Shown: positions 36,615-44,876 of the stretch, one piece after another | Position numbering within the stretch: position 1 is the first letter of the stretch | Layout of the letters: every line of letters begins with the position of its first letter | Source: a virus | Taxonomy: Duplodnaviria > Caudoviricetes | Virus record (IMG/VR): IMGVR_UViG_3300033141_000787 | Span: 1-56,193 of that record | Length of the DNA: 56,193 nt | Reading direction: 5' to 3' (one strand) | Translations under genes and position numbers: made by a program | The notes under the pieces: model-generated | What the model was told of the DNA's origin: nothing | Databases searched by the model: none | What the model saw: only the letters and a program-made list of their open reading frames with translations

Positions 36615-37022
36615 TTAGTCGACTTCTGTTAATATCTTAATATGTCTTCCTGCATATACTTCAGATGCTCCATACTTACCCTTCATTAAGTCTTCAGACA
36701 ACTCCACTACTAATATAACTGGGGTGTAACCTTCTTCTACCAAGTCAATATGAACTCTCTTTTCATTTACAGCATCTAAATAGTCGGAATATCCTGCTGT
36801 TCTACCTATCATATTTTCTTCAAATATGTTAGGATTTATAAGTATATCGTTAGCATGAACTCTGCTTAAACGGTTTTGTCTTCTAACACGTCGTATATTA
36901 CCGTCTTTAGGATATTTAGATCCCATAGCTAATGAATAATACTCTTGGGTGCCCTTCTTTTTAGCTGCTAACTTAAATACTATAACTTTGTCATATTTTA
37001 GTTCTGTAGTTAGATTACACAT
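36615..37022 (-). CDS. Hypothetical protein
   Basis: AAGGAG RBS. Confidence 0.65.
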   Translation of the reverse strand: MCNLTTELKYDKVIVFKLAAKKKGTQEYYSLAMGSKYPKDGNIRRVRRQNRLSRVHANDILINPNIFEENMIGRTAGYSDYLDAVNEKRVHIDLVEEGYTPVILVVELSEDLMKGKYGASEVYAGRHIKILTEVD

Positions 37023-37024
37023 AT

Positions 37025-37504
37025 TTATTTCTCCTTTAATAATTTACTATATACGGATATGAAATCAGTACTATCTATCCGCTTATCCCACTCCTCAAGC
37101 ATTTTAATACGTGTTTGTATAATAGCTATTGCTTCATCATCTCCTCCGATTGCACGTCCTCGTAATTCACTATAAGCCCAAGCATCTTTGTAAAGTTTAT
37201 TACTGTACTTATCTAACCAATCCAGACAAGTCGTAGATTCATATACTTGCCATAAACATACACTACATCGACCCTCAGTATTTATAATACCTCCGCCTCC
37301 TCTTAACCCCAATTTTATATATGTTGCTGTATCACATAGATAGCATGTATTCATTATCTCGTCTGTAAGAATACCTATACTATGTGCAATAAGTATATTC
37401 TTATATAATTCTATCTGGCTCCTGACACTTTTATGCCATAAACGTCTTATTTGTTTGTTATCCATGATAATTCTCCTTAATAAACCTTTTATAGATAGAG
37501 ACAA
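37025..37504 (-). CDS. Cys-rich protein, paralog of 34708-35103
   Basis: Shared Cys/Trp pattern; probable start MDNKQ. Confidence 0.65.
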   Translation of the reverse strand: MSLSIKGLLRRIIMDNKQIRRLWHKSVRSQIELYKNILIAHSIGILTDEIMNTCYLCDTATYIKLGLRGGGGIINTEGRCSVCLWQVYESTTCLDWLDKYSNKLYKDAWAYSELRGRAIGGDDEAIAIIQTRIKMLEEWDKRIDSTDFISVYSKLLKEK

Positions 37505-37506
37505 AA

Positions 37507-37689
37507 TCAGTCTTCCTTATTTGCCCCTTCCATAGCCGGGTCACTATAAGTTATATCGGCTATATCAATATAAGCCCTTATTGATGTATTACCTTTAATC
37601 ATTACTACAAGAACCTTATTGTCAGCATCTTTATATACTGCTGCCACCTTGCTGTCTTGTAATAATGTGGTAATTTCGCTATCTGTCAT
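37507..37689 (-). CDS. Hypothetical protein
   Basis: GAGGTG RBS. Confidence 0.55.
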   Translation of the reverse strand: MTDSEITTLLQDSKVAAVYKDADNKVLVVMIKGNTSIRAYIDIADITYSDPAMEGANKED

Positions 37690-37707
37690 TACATATCACC
37701 TCACTTC

Positions 37708-37983
37708 CTACTCAGAATTATTATCATCTTGGTCATCTGATAACTTATCTATTAATATATCGGCTGCAATTTCTCGTAATACTTTATCAGTGTCTATCAC
37801 ATCTATTAACCAGTTAAATAGTATTAATATTATTATTCTGTTGTCCAATTCCTTCCTTATTCCTGTAAGATTGCATGATATACCTACAGCCTCTGGGTCG
37901 TCTTCTGCTTCTATGGCCAAGATGTATCTAACTCTTTCGTTATTTAACCTGTCTGTCAATGCTTCTATCTCACTCTTTTTCAT
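37708..37983 (-). CDS. Hypothetical acidic protein (paralog family with 38133 and 38623)
   Basis: AAGGAG RBS; E..AL...L....V.(Y/F)I......D.....G pattern. Confidence 0.6.
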   Translation of the reverse strand: MKKSEIEALTDRLNNERVRYILAIEAEDDPEAVGISCNLTGIRKELDNRIIILILFNWLIDVIDTDKVLREIAADILIDKLSDDQDDNNSE

Positions 37984-38132
37984 GATTTAAGCTCCTTTGC
38001 CTTATATTGTAATTTATGTATGATTACTACTATCTTGCCGATTGCTTCGTATTTGTTACTGGCATTTAATATATATCGCTTATTTTTAATATCTATTACA
38101 ATGGTCATAGCCTGCTTACCTCACTTTTGTTT

Positions 38133-38390
38133 TCAGTCCTCCTTATCTTCGGAGTCTTTATTACCTAATTTACTTGCTAACATTATAGTCATCATAAGTT
38201 CAGGAGATTGTACAATTCTTTCAGTCAATATTTTGTATAAATGAATTATCATAGCTTGACCGTCAACATCCCTTAGATTACTTGCATAGCCTGCTGCATT
38301 ATCTTCATCCTCTACCGAAGCCATTATTATAAACTGTACTTCTTCTTCTCTGAGTTTATTTACTAATGCTGTGAACTCATTCTTAGTCAT
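38133..38390 (-). CDS. Hypothetical acidic protein (paralog family)
   Basis: AAGGAGG RBS; shared pattern. Confidence 0.6.
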   Translation of the reverse strand: MTKNEFTALVNKLREEEVQFIIMASVEDEDNAAGYASNLRDVDGQAMIIHLYKILTERIVQSPELMMTIMLASKLGNKDSEDKED

Positions 38391-38392
38391 GG

Positions 38393-38620
38393 TTATTCCT
38401 CCTTACTATTCGCCCATTCGTCAAATACATAGTGGGGAAATCCCGTTATATCTTCCTCATCTTGTAGGTCATACCATTGTTTAATATCTTGCATCAATAA
38501 GTCAAAATGGTAGTCTCTCCCACCATAATAATCTATTTTCCTTGAGGCAAGCATGCCTATACACAGCATACCTGCTAAACCGCCTATTAAAAATATAGCT
38601 AAACATAATGCAAAACACAT
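38393..38620 (-). CDS. Small membrane-anchored protein
   Basis: N-terminal TM and acidic tail. Confidence 0.6.
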   Translation of the reverse strand: MCFALCLAIFLIGGLAGMLCIGMLASRKIDYYGGRDYHFDLLMQDIKQWYDLQDEEDITGFPHYVFDEWANSKEE

Positions 38621-38622
38621 GG

Positions 38623-38859
38623 TTATTTCTCCTTATTGTTTATAGGTTGTGTCATCTCTTTAAATGTTTTCTCTATTACTGAGCCTAATTTCTTATACAG
38701 CTCTATCATAATATCAAAACCGGCCTCACCATGCAGCATTGCAGCACCAGTACTAGTATAATTATTAGAATCCTCATCAGTAGCTACACTTATTATGAAA
38801 CTACAATCAGCAGCTTTTAATTCCTCTATAATCTCCTATACTCTTTCTGGAGTAATCAT
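38623..38859 (-). pseudogene. 78-codon gene with an in-frame TAG at codon 8
   Basis: MITPERV*EIIEELKAADCSFIISVATDEDS...; RBS present; similar to 38133-38390. Confidence 0.6.
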
Positions 38860-38885
38860 CTTTAGTTCCTTTCTTTTTAATATTA

Positions 38886-39248
38886 TCAGTCAAATTCTAT
38901 CTTTATATCTTGTAGTTTATCTAACAGAAATCCCTTTATTCGTTCGTATATAGATTCTGCTATTTCGTTAATCATCCACTCATCATCATCTTCATCTTCT
39001 TCTGTACTCCAAGTTTCAATTCCAGCAAGTTCAAGAGCACCTGGCTGCCATGAATTATTTGAGAGCCAATCTCCAAAACTAAGAGAAAGCTCGATTTCCT
39101 CTTTTATTGTGAGAGCTTCTTCCAGTTCTTCTATGCTGTCAAATTCTTTTGCATAGATAGGGATTCTCCACCCTGTCCATCCGAAATTTTTGGCTATCTT
39201 AATTTCATCTTGTAAGCCTTTAGTATGGATATATATTTTCTTTTCCAT
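38886..39248 (-). CDS. Hypothetical acidic protein
   Basis: AAGGAGG before MEKKIY; the longer ORF-track start overlaps another gene. Confidence 0.6.
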   Translation of the reverse strand: MEKKIYIHTKGLQDEIKIAKNFGWTGWRIPIYAKEFDSIEELEEALTIKEEIELSLSFGDWLSNNSWQPGALELAGIETWSTEEDEDDDEWMINEIAESIYERIKGFLLDKLQDIKIEFD

Positions 39249-39264
39249 TTTTATCCTCCTTATA

Positions 39265-39492
39265 CTATAATAAGTTATAGTTCTTATTAATGTAATTAAT
39301 GCAGTACTCGACAGCTTCGGGCATGTCCACAATAAACTTCCCTCTTGCAAGCTGTGAGCGTATACAAGCAGCGTATGCAATATTACGAATATATTGTTCT
39401 ACAGTCTCATATTTAATTCTGGGAATCTCCTGTACCACTCTATCACAGTGGTTGCGGAGACTGCGACGTTGGTTCTTGTCTATTCTATACAT
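39265..39492 (-). CDS. Hypothetical protein
   Basis: GGAGGAGG RBS. Confidence 0.6.
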   Translation of the reverse strand: MYRIDKNQRRSLRNHCDRVVQEIPRIKYETVEQYIRNIAYAACIRSQLARGKFIVDMPEAVEYCINYINKNYNLL

Positions 39493-39639
39493 TATTACCT
39501 CCTCCTCTTATTTCTTTTTATACTTACTACCTTTAACCGGTATAATTGCCAGTTCTCATCAAACTCTTTCCTGATTAGCACCGTCTTATTGGTATATTTA
39601 TCCAGTTCTCATAGCTTGGTCTTCTATATATATATTTAG

Positions 39640-39855
39640 TTAATAAATAATACAGGTAGTATGTGGGTCGTTTTTATACTCTTTAACAGCCTTATTAACA
39701 TCAGCGTCAGGACTTATACTAAGACTAACACCGTTAAAATTAAAATGCACGTAAGAGATATTAAGTTTCTCAGCTAACTCTTTTGCTTGTGTTACAGCTT
39801 CCCTTATACTTGTACCTGCTAAGAAACTGACTGATAACGTTGCACGTAGTCTCAT
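39640..39855 (-). CDS. Hypothetical protein
   Basis: AAGGAG RBS; AGTSI..A...A..LA.KL...V.FNFNG motif. Confidence 0.6.
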   Translation of the reverse strand: MRLRATLSVSFLAGTSIREAVTQAKELAEKLNISYVHFNFNGVSLSISPDADVNKAVKEYKNDPHTTCIIY

Positions 39856-39924
39856 TGTTTAATTCTCCTTGTTATTTGTTCCTGTTAATTTGATTGCATA
39901 CATTCTGATGCCTTCTTCATGTTT

Positions 39925-40467
39925 CTATTCTAAGCGTCTTGGCATTATTAACCCTTTAATATCACCCATTTCAAACTCGACAGCCTGGTATTGCTCTCTG
40001 AACGTAAATACTACGCCAGAGTCGTTATTACCAGCCTGTTTGAGAGCTTTGATAAGACTCTCCAATACGCTCAGCGTGAAGGCAGTTTTGTATTTAATAT
40101 CTCCTTCTGGCCAGATTGCATCTATTTGCGGATAATCACTTACACTTTCTGTAAGTAATATCTTGTCCTCACATTCAACGGAGATATTGCTGCCTCCAGT
40201 CTCCTTAATAGTTAGTTGTAAATCTTTATTTCGTTTGCCTTTTACCGACTTTATAAGCTTTATTAAGCTCTCTTTGTTTAAATGTATGGGTTCTTTCAGT
40301 TTGTTGCCTGTTGTTGTACTACCTGTATATGGCACTTCAATAAGTACGTATCCATCAGTACTTACGCTTTTACCCTGTTCAAAGCGGATACACTTTAGGG
40401 CTTTGTGTGGATGCTTCTTGTCAGCTACTACTGAACATTTAACATTTCTTGCTGTTGGATTTCTCAT
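39925..40467 (-). CDS. Truncated beta sliding clamp-like protein
   Basis: STDGY (cf. ATDGHRL), DYPQIDAIWP (cf. FPDYxxVIP), C-terminal GLIMPRR (cf. vIMPmr). Confidence 0.65.
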   Translation of the reverse strand: MRNPTARNVKCSVVADKKHPHKALKCIRFEQGKSVSTDGYVLIEVPYTGSTTTGNKLKEPIHLNKESLIKLIKSVKGKRNKDLQLTIKETGGSNISVECEDKILLTESVSDYPQIDAIWPEGDIKYKTAFTLSVLESLIKALKQAGNNDSGVVFTFREQYQAVEFEMGDIKGLIMPRRLE

Positions 40468-40673
40468 TATAACACCTCCATATTTATTGTACCATCTTCA
40501 CTTACTATACCATTTTCAATAAGGCTTCTTGCTGTACGTCCATAGAAGCCTTGTAAAGTCCAAGCCTTTCCTGTACGTATCAATTCAGCGAACAGCTCAA
40601 CAGCCTCCGACTCGTTAAGTTCTCCATTTTCAAATCTGATTATTGAGTCTATTATATCGATATTATTATTCAT
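40467..40673 (-). CDS. Phage early protein (IIRFENGEL...AWTLQGFYGRTA motif)
   Basis: Recurrent phage motif; RBS present. Confidence 0.7.
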   Translation of the reverse strand: MNNNIDIIDSIIRFENGELNESEAVELFAELIRTGKAWTLQGFYGRTARSLIENGIVSEDGTINMEVL

Positions 40674-40794
40674 AGCTTATCTTCCTTTGGCACTAATTTC
40701 TCGTTCTTGTATTCATAGTTCCTATTAATAAATTCTATACTATCTATAAAATAAGAGTTATTTTACCTATTGTGCTCATTTTAAAGCCTTCTTA

Positions 40795-41124
40795 CTAAGC
40801 AATTTTTAAGTTGTATACAAACTTGGCAAAAGCTCCAATAGTCCTGAACCAGTATATTTCATCTATATGCTCAACTATAAATTCCATAAGTTCATCTATG
40901 CTATACTTGAAAGCATTATCGTGCATACCGTTAGGATTATCAATCATTATCATGTTATATCTTATATCTGCCGGATTGCTCGTGTACTTAGCTGCATGTA
41001 TTAAATAAAAATCATGTCTGTTATACCAGACAAGCACACCATTATTTGTATCGCTTTTGAATTTTTCCTTTAGCTTACTAAGAGTGATTACAGCCTCCGG
41101 CTTATCATCTTCTATTATCTTCAT
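40795..41124 (-). CDS. Hypothetical early protein
   Basis: AAGGAG RBS. Confidence 0.6.
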   Translation of the reverse strand: MKIIEDDKPEAVITLSKLKEKFKSDTNNGVLVWYNRHDFYLIHAAKYTSNPADIRYNMIMIDNPNGMHDNAFKYSIDELMEFIVEHIDEIYWFRTIGAFAKFVYNLKIA

Positions 41125-41138
41125 GATAAGGTCTCCTT

Positions 41139-41396
41139 TTATTTAGTTATAGAATTATAGTATTCTACTTCAAATGTCCCACTAAGTATATTCGCTTTAA
41201 TAACATCAATTGTTAGGCCAAGATTATTATTCCCTTTAAGCTGTTCATTTCTTAGATAGGTAAGTATCTTGTAGTAAGTCTTATCTGATATGTTGTTATC
41301 AACTATGAAATTAACTAACTCATTGACCTTGTCGATACCTACACGTTCAATAAGACTATCTTCAAGGAATTGCATAGTTTTATAGATACTGTTCAT
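41139..41396 (-). CDS. Hypothetical early protein
   Basis: GAGGAGG before MNSIYK. Confidence 0.55.
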   Translation of the reverse strand: MNSIYKTMQFLEDSLIERVGIDKVNELVNFIVDNNISDKTYYKILTYLRNEQLKGNNNLGLTIDVIKANILSGTFEVEYYNSITK

Positions 41397-41418
41397 AGTT
41401 TGCCTCCTCTTAATGTTA

Positions 41419-41661
41419 CTAATAATACTTCTTGATAAGATATACAGGGATAGTATAGTTCTTTGTATCTGTAATTTCCACATACTCTTTTGAGGTATCA
41501 TCATATTTTACTTCGATAATATCTTTAGATATTCTTTTCCAGTCCTCTTCGGAAATGCCATAAACAGAGGATTTTGGAAATAATTTATGCTTTGTTTTAT
41601 TTGTATTGTTTTTATGATACAGCTTCACAGCTATTTTATGCGGATATAATTTCACTTTCAT
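41419..41661 (-). CDS. Hypothetical early protein
   Basis: AGGGAG RBS. Confidence 0.55.
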   Translation of the reverse strand: MKVKLYPHKIAVKLYHKNNTNKTKHKLFPKSSVYGISEEDWKRISKDIIEVKYDDTSKEYVEITDTKNYTIPVYLIKKYY

Positions 41662-41715
41662 ATTAAAGTCTCCCTTGTCTTAATGATATTAATTAATCCC
41701 TTAATGTTATTGGCA

Positions 41716-41889
41716 TTATGGCATGGTAAATGTACGTATTATCTGCCCTATCTCATAACTACTTACTTGATAGGGACAGTTGCCGGAAATTCTATCTTCT
41801 TGATACCAGACCTGTCCGCATCTGGTACAGATATAAACCACGTGACCGGATAAATCGTTTATTTTTATTATGTTATGCTTTATTTTCAT
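41716..41889 (-). CDS. Small Zn-finger-like early protein
   Basis: H...CTRCG...C; GGAG RBS. Confidence 0.5.
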   Translation of the reverse strand: MKIKHNIIKINDLSGHVVYICTRCGQVWYQEDRISGNCPYQVSSYEIGQIIRTFTMP

Positions 41890-41913
41890 TCTTTTGACTC
41901 CGTTTTTGGTTAT

Positions 41914-41943
41914 AGGAAAGCCCTGTCTCATAGTAGGACAGGG
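41914..41943 (-). terminator. Hairpin, possible early terminator
   Basis: CCCTGTC/GACAGGG stem with a short U-run on the - strand. Confidence 0.45.
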
Positions 41944-41978
41944 CGTATGATGGATGATTTTAGACCGGTTGACCGGTT

Positions 41979-42149
41979 TTAAAGCGGTAAGGATAGTGAC
42001 ATATCATGCCCGCTTGTTTGTAGTTCCTGCAGTTGGTCGTAATCATAACGTGTTAACGGTCTATGTACTATCTGGTTGCAGTCCGTGCAGATGGTAATTA
42101 TCCGGCCGGATGGGAATTGTAGTTCTTTAGTGTGTTTATGTTTGCACAT
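41979..42149 (-). CDS. Small Zn-finger-like early protein
   Basis: MCKH...CTDC; GGGAG RBS. Confidence 0.55.
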   Translation of the reverse strand: MCKHKHTKELQFPSGRIITICTDCNQIVHRPLTRYDYDQLQELQTSGHDMSLSLPL

Positions 42150-42251
42150 TGTTCGTTGTCTCCCATGTCTGACCTGCCTTACTAACAAGGCAGGATGCCG
42201 GCACTGCATATAAACAGCACCGGCATTGATTAGTTGGTTGGCTAAAGCGGT

Positions 42252-42599
42252 TTAAATGTAGTCAGCCGGATTGAATCCGTCCGGTTTTACCGTACCGGTT
42301 TTGTACTTTCCGGCATCTAATTTCTCGTACTCTTTTATGGCTTTTGCCAAGAGTTCGTGGATTGCTTTTGCCTTGTTCAATTTCAACCTGAGCAATGTTT
42401 TTGTGTACGGCCTGTCTTCAATCATCGACGGGAACATGTCGAATAGGACGATTTTAGGCGTTGTCTCATCATAAGACCTTATATTACAGGCTGTAACGCC
42501 CCCGTTGCTAAACGTCTCTTTGAATCCTATCGACTTGAGAACGACGTCTTTGTTTACATCATAGTCGCTTTTCTTTTTGCTTGCTTTTGTACGTGCCAT
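42252..42599 (-). CDS. Early basic protein, possibly PC4-like ssDNA-binding fold
   Basis: AAGGAG RBS; beta strands with IRSYD..PK followed by a long helix. The fold is inference. Confidence 0.45.
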   Translation of the reverse strand: MARTKASKKKSDYDVNKDVVLKSIGFKETFSNGGVTACNIRSYDETTPKIVLFDMFPSMIEDRPYTKTLLRLKLNKAKAIHELLAKAIKEYEKLDAGKYKTGTVKPDGFNPADYI

Positions 42600-42680
42600 C
42601 TTACTTCTCCTTACGTTTTATTACTCCGGCACTATTTCCTTACATGCTTAGCCGGTATATAGCATGCAAGTATCTTATTA

Positions 42681-42860
42681 TTATATATATTCTTTAAAGA
42701 TATGTTTAAGCATGTCGTATGCTTCATCTCTAAATATTTCTCTTGTATCAGTCCTGTTATTTATTATTGCAATTTGTTTCAGCCGATTATTAATCATTAT
42801 AGTATAGCAATAGTCAACGTCTGTTATAGTTATTTCAATACTATCAATTGTCTTTTCCAT
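42681..42860 (-). CDS. Small early protein (59 aa, not in the ORF track)
   Basis: GAGGTG RBS; MEKTIDSIEITITDVD... Confidence 0.5.
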   Translation of the reverse strand: MEKTIDSIEITITDVDYCYTIMINNRLKQIAIINNRTDTREIFRDEAYDMLKHIFKEYI

Positions 42861-42901
42861 AGTTGCACCTCTTTTCTTGTTACGTTACTATACTGTTAGT
42901 G

Positions 42902-43060
42902 TTATTGTATATGTAGTACTGCTTTTATTATCTCATCTTTGTCTACTTCCTCAAATTCAAGCATTATCTTGCTGATATTAATTCCGTGTTTTTCCGTAAA
43001 TCTAATAATATCAACAAGTAACTCTGCTGCATTACCTTTTATAAACATTAGCTTTTCCAT
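42902..43060 (-). CDS. First early ORF (52 aa, not in the ORF track)
   Basis: GAGAGGG RBS; MEKLMFIKGNAAELLVDII...; directly downstream of the sigma54 promoter. Confidence 0.55.
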   Translation of the reverse strand: MEKLMFIKGNAAELLVDIIRFTEKHGINISKIMLEFEEVDKDEIIKAVLHIQ

Positions 43061-43122
43061 AATATACCCTCTCTTATTAATAATACTTTATATGTTGTCT
43101 GCCGTGCCACGCTCACATATAC

Positions 43123-43138
43123 AGCAAAGCCCGTGCCA
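43123..43138 (-). promoter_or_regulatory. sigma54 (-24/-12) promoter
   Basis: - strand TGGCACG-GGCT-TTGCT, an exact TGGCACG-N4-TTGCW match. Confidence 0.75.
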
Positions 43139-43168
43139 AACTTTCGGCTGACTGCCTAACCTTAGCAA

Positions 43169-43392
43169 AAACAACCGCTTAGCATTTTATTACTTTATAC
43201 TTGTATATTACATAAAAAGGCCAATTTTAGGCCATCTATCCGATTTTTGTCCAGCCCGTCTTTATTCGTTCGGGCATAATATAGACCGCTTGCGGCTTCG
43301 GCAAGATGCCCGCTCCGATGTTCTGCCCGGTCGATTCCAGCCCGTGTGGTCGATTCCAGACCATGCCGTAAGTCCTTGAAAAAGAAGGCTTT
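43169..43392. promoter_or_regulatory. IHF-like sites and repeated enhancer/pac-like boxes
   Basis: AAACAACCGCTTA (43169) and TTTCAAGGACTTA (- strand, about 43369-43381) resemble WATCAANNNNTTR; GTCGATTCCAG occurs twice with related boxes nearby. Confidence 0.45.
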
Positions 43393-43527
43393 ATGAAAAA
43401 TAACGAAAATCTAATATACGAAAACCCGATTTTACGGGGGCGGGTGTTGTTATGGTATATCCCTCTCTTAAAACATATATATATTTACATTAACATTCGT
43501 ATCTGCTAAAATATATTATTTATTTGC

Positions 43528-43555
43528 TTGCATATTTGAATAATAGTAGTATATT
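43528..43555 (+). promoter_or_regulatory. Possible sigma70-type promoter of the packaging arm
   Basis: TTGCAT-16 bp-TATATT upstream of the first + strand gene. Confidence 0.45.
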
Positions 43556-43593
43556 ATCTTAGTAACGTGTATAACAGTATAAAGGAGGGGATT

Positions 43594-43950
43594 ATGTTAA
43601 AATTACTTGTAGGGACGTTCTTATTATTAGCTGGGCTGTTGCATTACAGTCCGTCATTTAGAATGTCTTATGATACCTTAGCATTTACTGGTGATAAGAT
43701 TCAGCATTGTGCTGGCTCATATATGCTGACCTTGGCGTATTGGAAGGTATTTAGCTTATCGGCCGCAGATGCTGCGTATTTGGCCTTAATATCTGGTACT
43801 GTATGGGAAATTAAGGATGCCTATGTGCCTTATGAGAAGCATGGTTGGATAGGCGGAGATGGATTCTCCACTAATGACCTCATAGCAGACACAATAGGTA
43901 TCTTTATGGCTCTAATAACTATCTTAATATTACATACTTTAGGAGTATAG
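43594..43950 (+). CDS. YfiM/DUF2279-like membrane protein
   Basis: DKIQHC, WEIKD, GFSTNDLIADTIG motifs; several TM segments. Confidence 0.7.
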   Translation: MLKLLVGTFLLLAGLLHYSPSFRMSYDTLAFTGDKIQHCAGSYMLTLAYWKVFSLSAADAAYLALISGTVWEIKDAYVPYEKHGWIGGDGFSTNDLIADTIGIFMALITILILHTLGV

Positions 43951-43951
43951 T

Positions 43952-44713
43952 ATGTATACTAAAAGGATTAAAGGCGAGCTTAACTATATATTTGATACGG
44001 TTGATGAATTTGTGCAGCATTTTAGTCCTGATGTGCCGGAGTTATGGGACGATTGGCGTACTGCTCCGGTTGGGGCATGGGTAAAGTCTGATGACGGCCG
44101 GATATGCCAGATTATTCATAGGGGTAAGCTCAGAGATGGCGAGTATATAAGGACTATACTTGGAGCTTATAACTGCAATTCGCCGTCTGAATTCTTGGAT
44201 ACAGACCCATTGCAGCACTCAAACAGGTTCTCATTTGGCAGAAATAGATGGATAGGCGACTATGCTACACGCTCAGAAAAGCGGTGGATATTCTTTATGA
44301 TGAATGGAGCAGACCCTATAGTAGCTTACAAGATGGCATATCCAAAGGCAAAAAGCGAGAATTATATATATAAAAGAGTACATGATTTATTAACATCAAG
44401 GAGAATAAAAATGGCTATGAAACGTGAAGCTAAGGAGGCTGCTGATAAACTTGGTGTCAGTGCCGAATATGTAATAAACGGATTTAAGAAGCTACACGAA
44501 AAGGCAAAGCACGAGAAGTATAAATTGGACGCTCTTAAAGAGCTTGCTAAAATAGCTGACGTATATCCAGATGAACCTAAGCAAAAGGGCTGGACTCCAA
44601 TAGACGGAGGAGGTATAATAGATGCTAACGAGATTGAAGATGTAAACCAAGAGCTCTTAGATGCACCTAATGTACCGAGTCTTAATCCAGCGAAAGGAGT
44701 TAACGATGCCTAA
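43952..44713 (+). CDS. Putative terminase small subunit
   Basis: AYKMAYP HTH-like segment and oligomerisation helices (AEYVI...KLDALKELAK); upstream of TerL. Confidence 0.65.
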   Translation: MYTKRIKGELNYIFDTVDEFVQHFSPDVPELWDDWRTAPVGAWVKSDDGRICQIIHRGKLRDGEYIRTILGAYNCNSPSEFLDTDPLQHSNRFSFGRNRWIGDYATRSEKRWIFFMMNGADPIVAYKMAYPKAKSENYIYKRVHDLLTSRRIKMAMKREAKEAADKLGVSAEYVINGFKKLHEKAKHEKYKLDALKELAKIADVYPDEPKQKGWTPIDGGGIIDANEIEDVNQELLDAPNVPSLNPAKGVNDA

Positions 44714-44876
44714 AAAGTTAGAACGTAAACTTAAAAGAGAAGCTAAGAAGAAAGGTCTTACCGGAAAACGTGCAGATGCTTACGTATATGGTACTATGCG
44801 TAAACTCGGTTGGAAGCCGAGCAGAGAAAAGAAGAGCAGTAAGAAGCACGTTAAAAAAGCACGCAAGAAGAGATGA
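44706..44876 (+). CDS. Small, very basic protein
   Basis: AAGGAG RBS; MPKKLERKLKREAKKKG...AYVYGTMRKLGWKP. Confidence 0.7.
   Translation: MPKKLERKLKREAKKKGLTGKRADAYVYGTMRKLGWKPSREKKSSKKHVKKARKKR

Noticed and set aside
38836-38838. Genome-wide TAG recoding
   Set aside because: Long genes are intact in code 11, many genes end in TAG (e.g. 16507, 43950, 55978), and no suppressor tRNA was found.
43094-43109. Second sigma54 promoter (TGGCACGG)
   Set aside because: No -12 TTGC at the required spacing.
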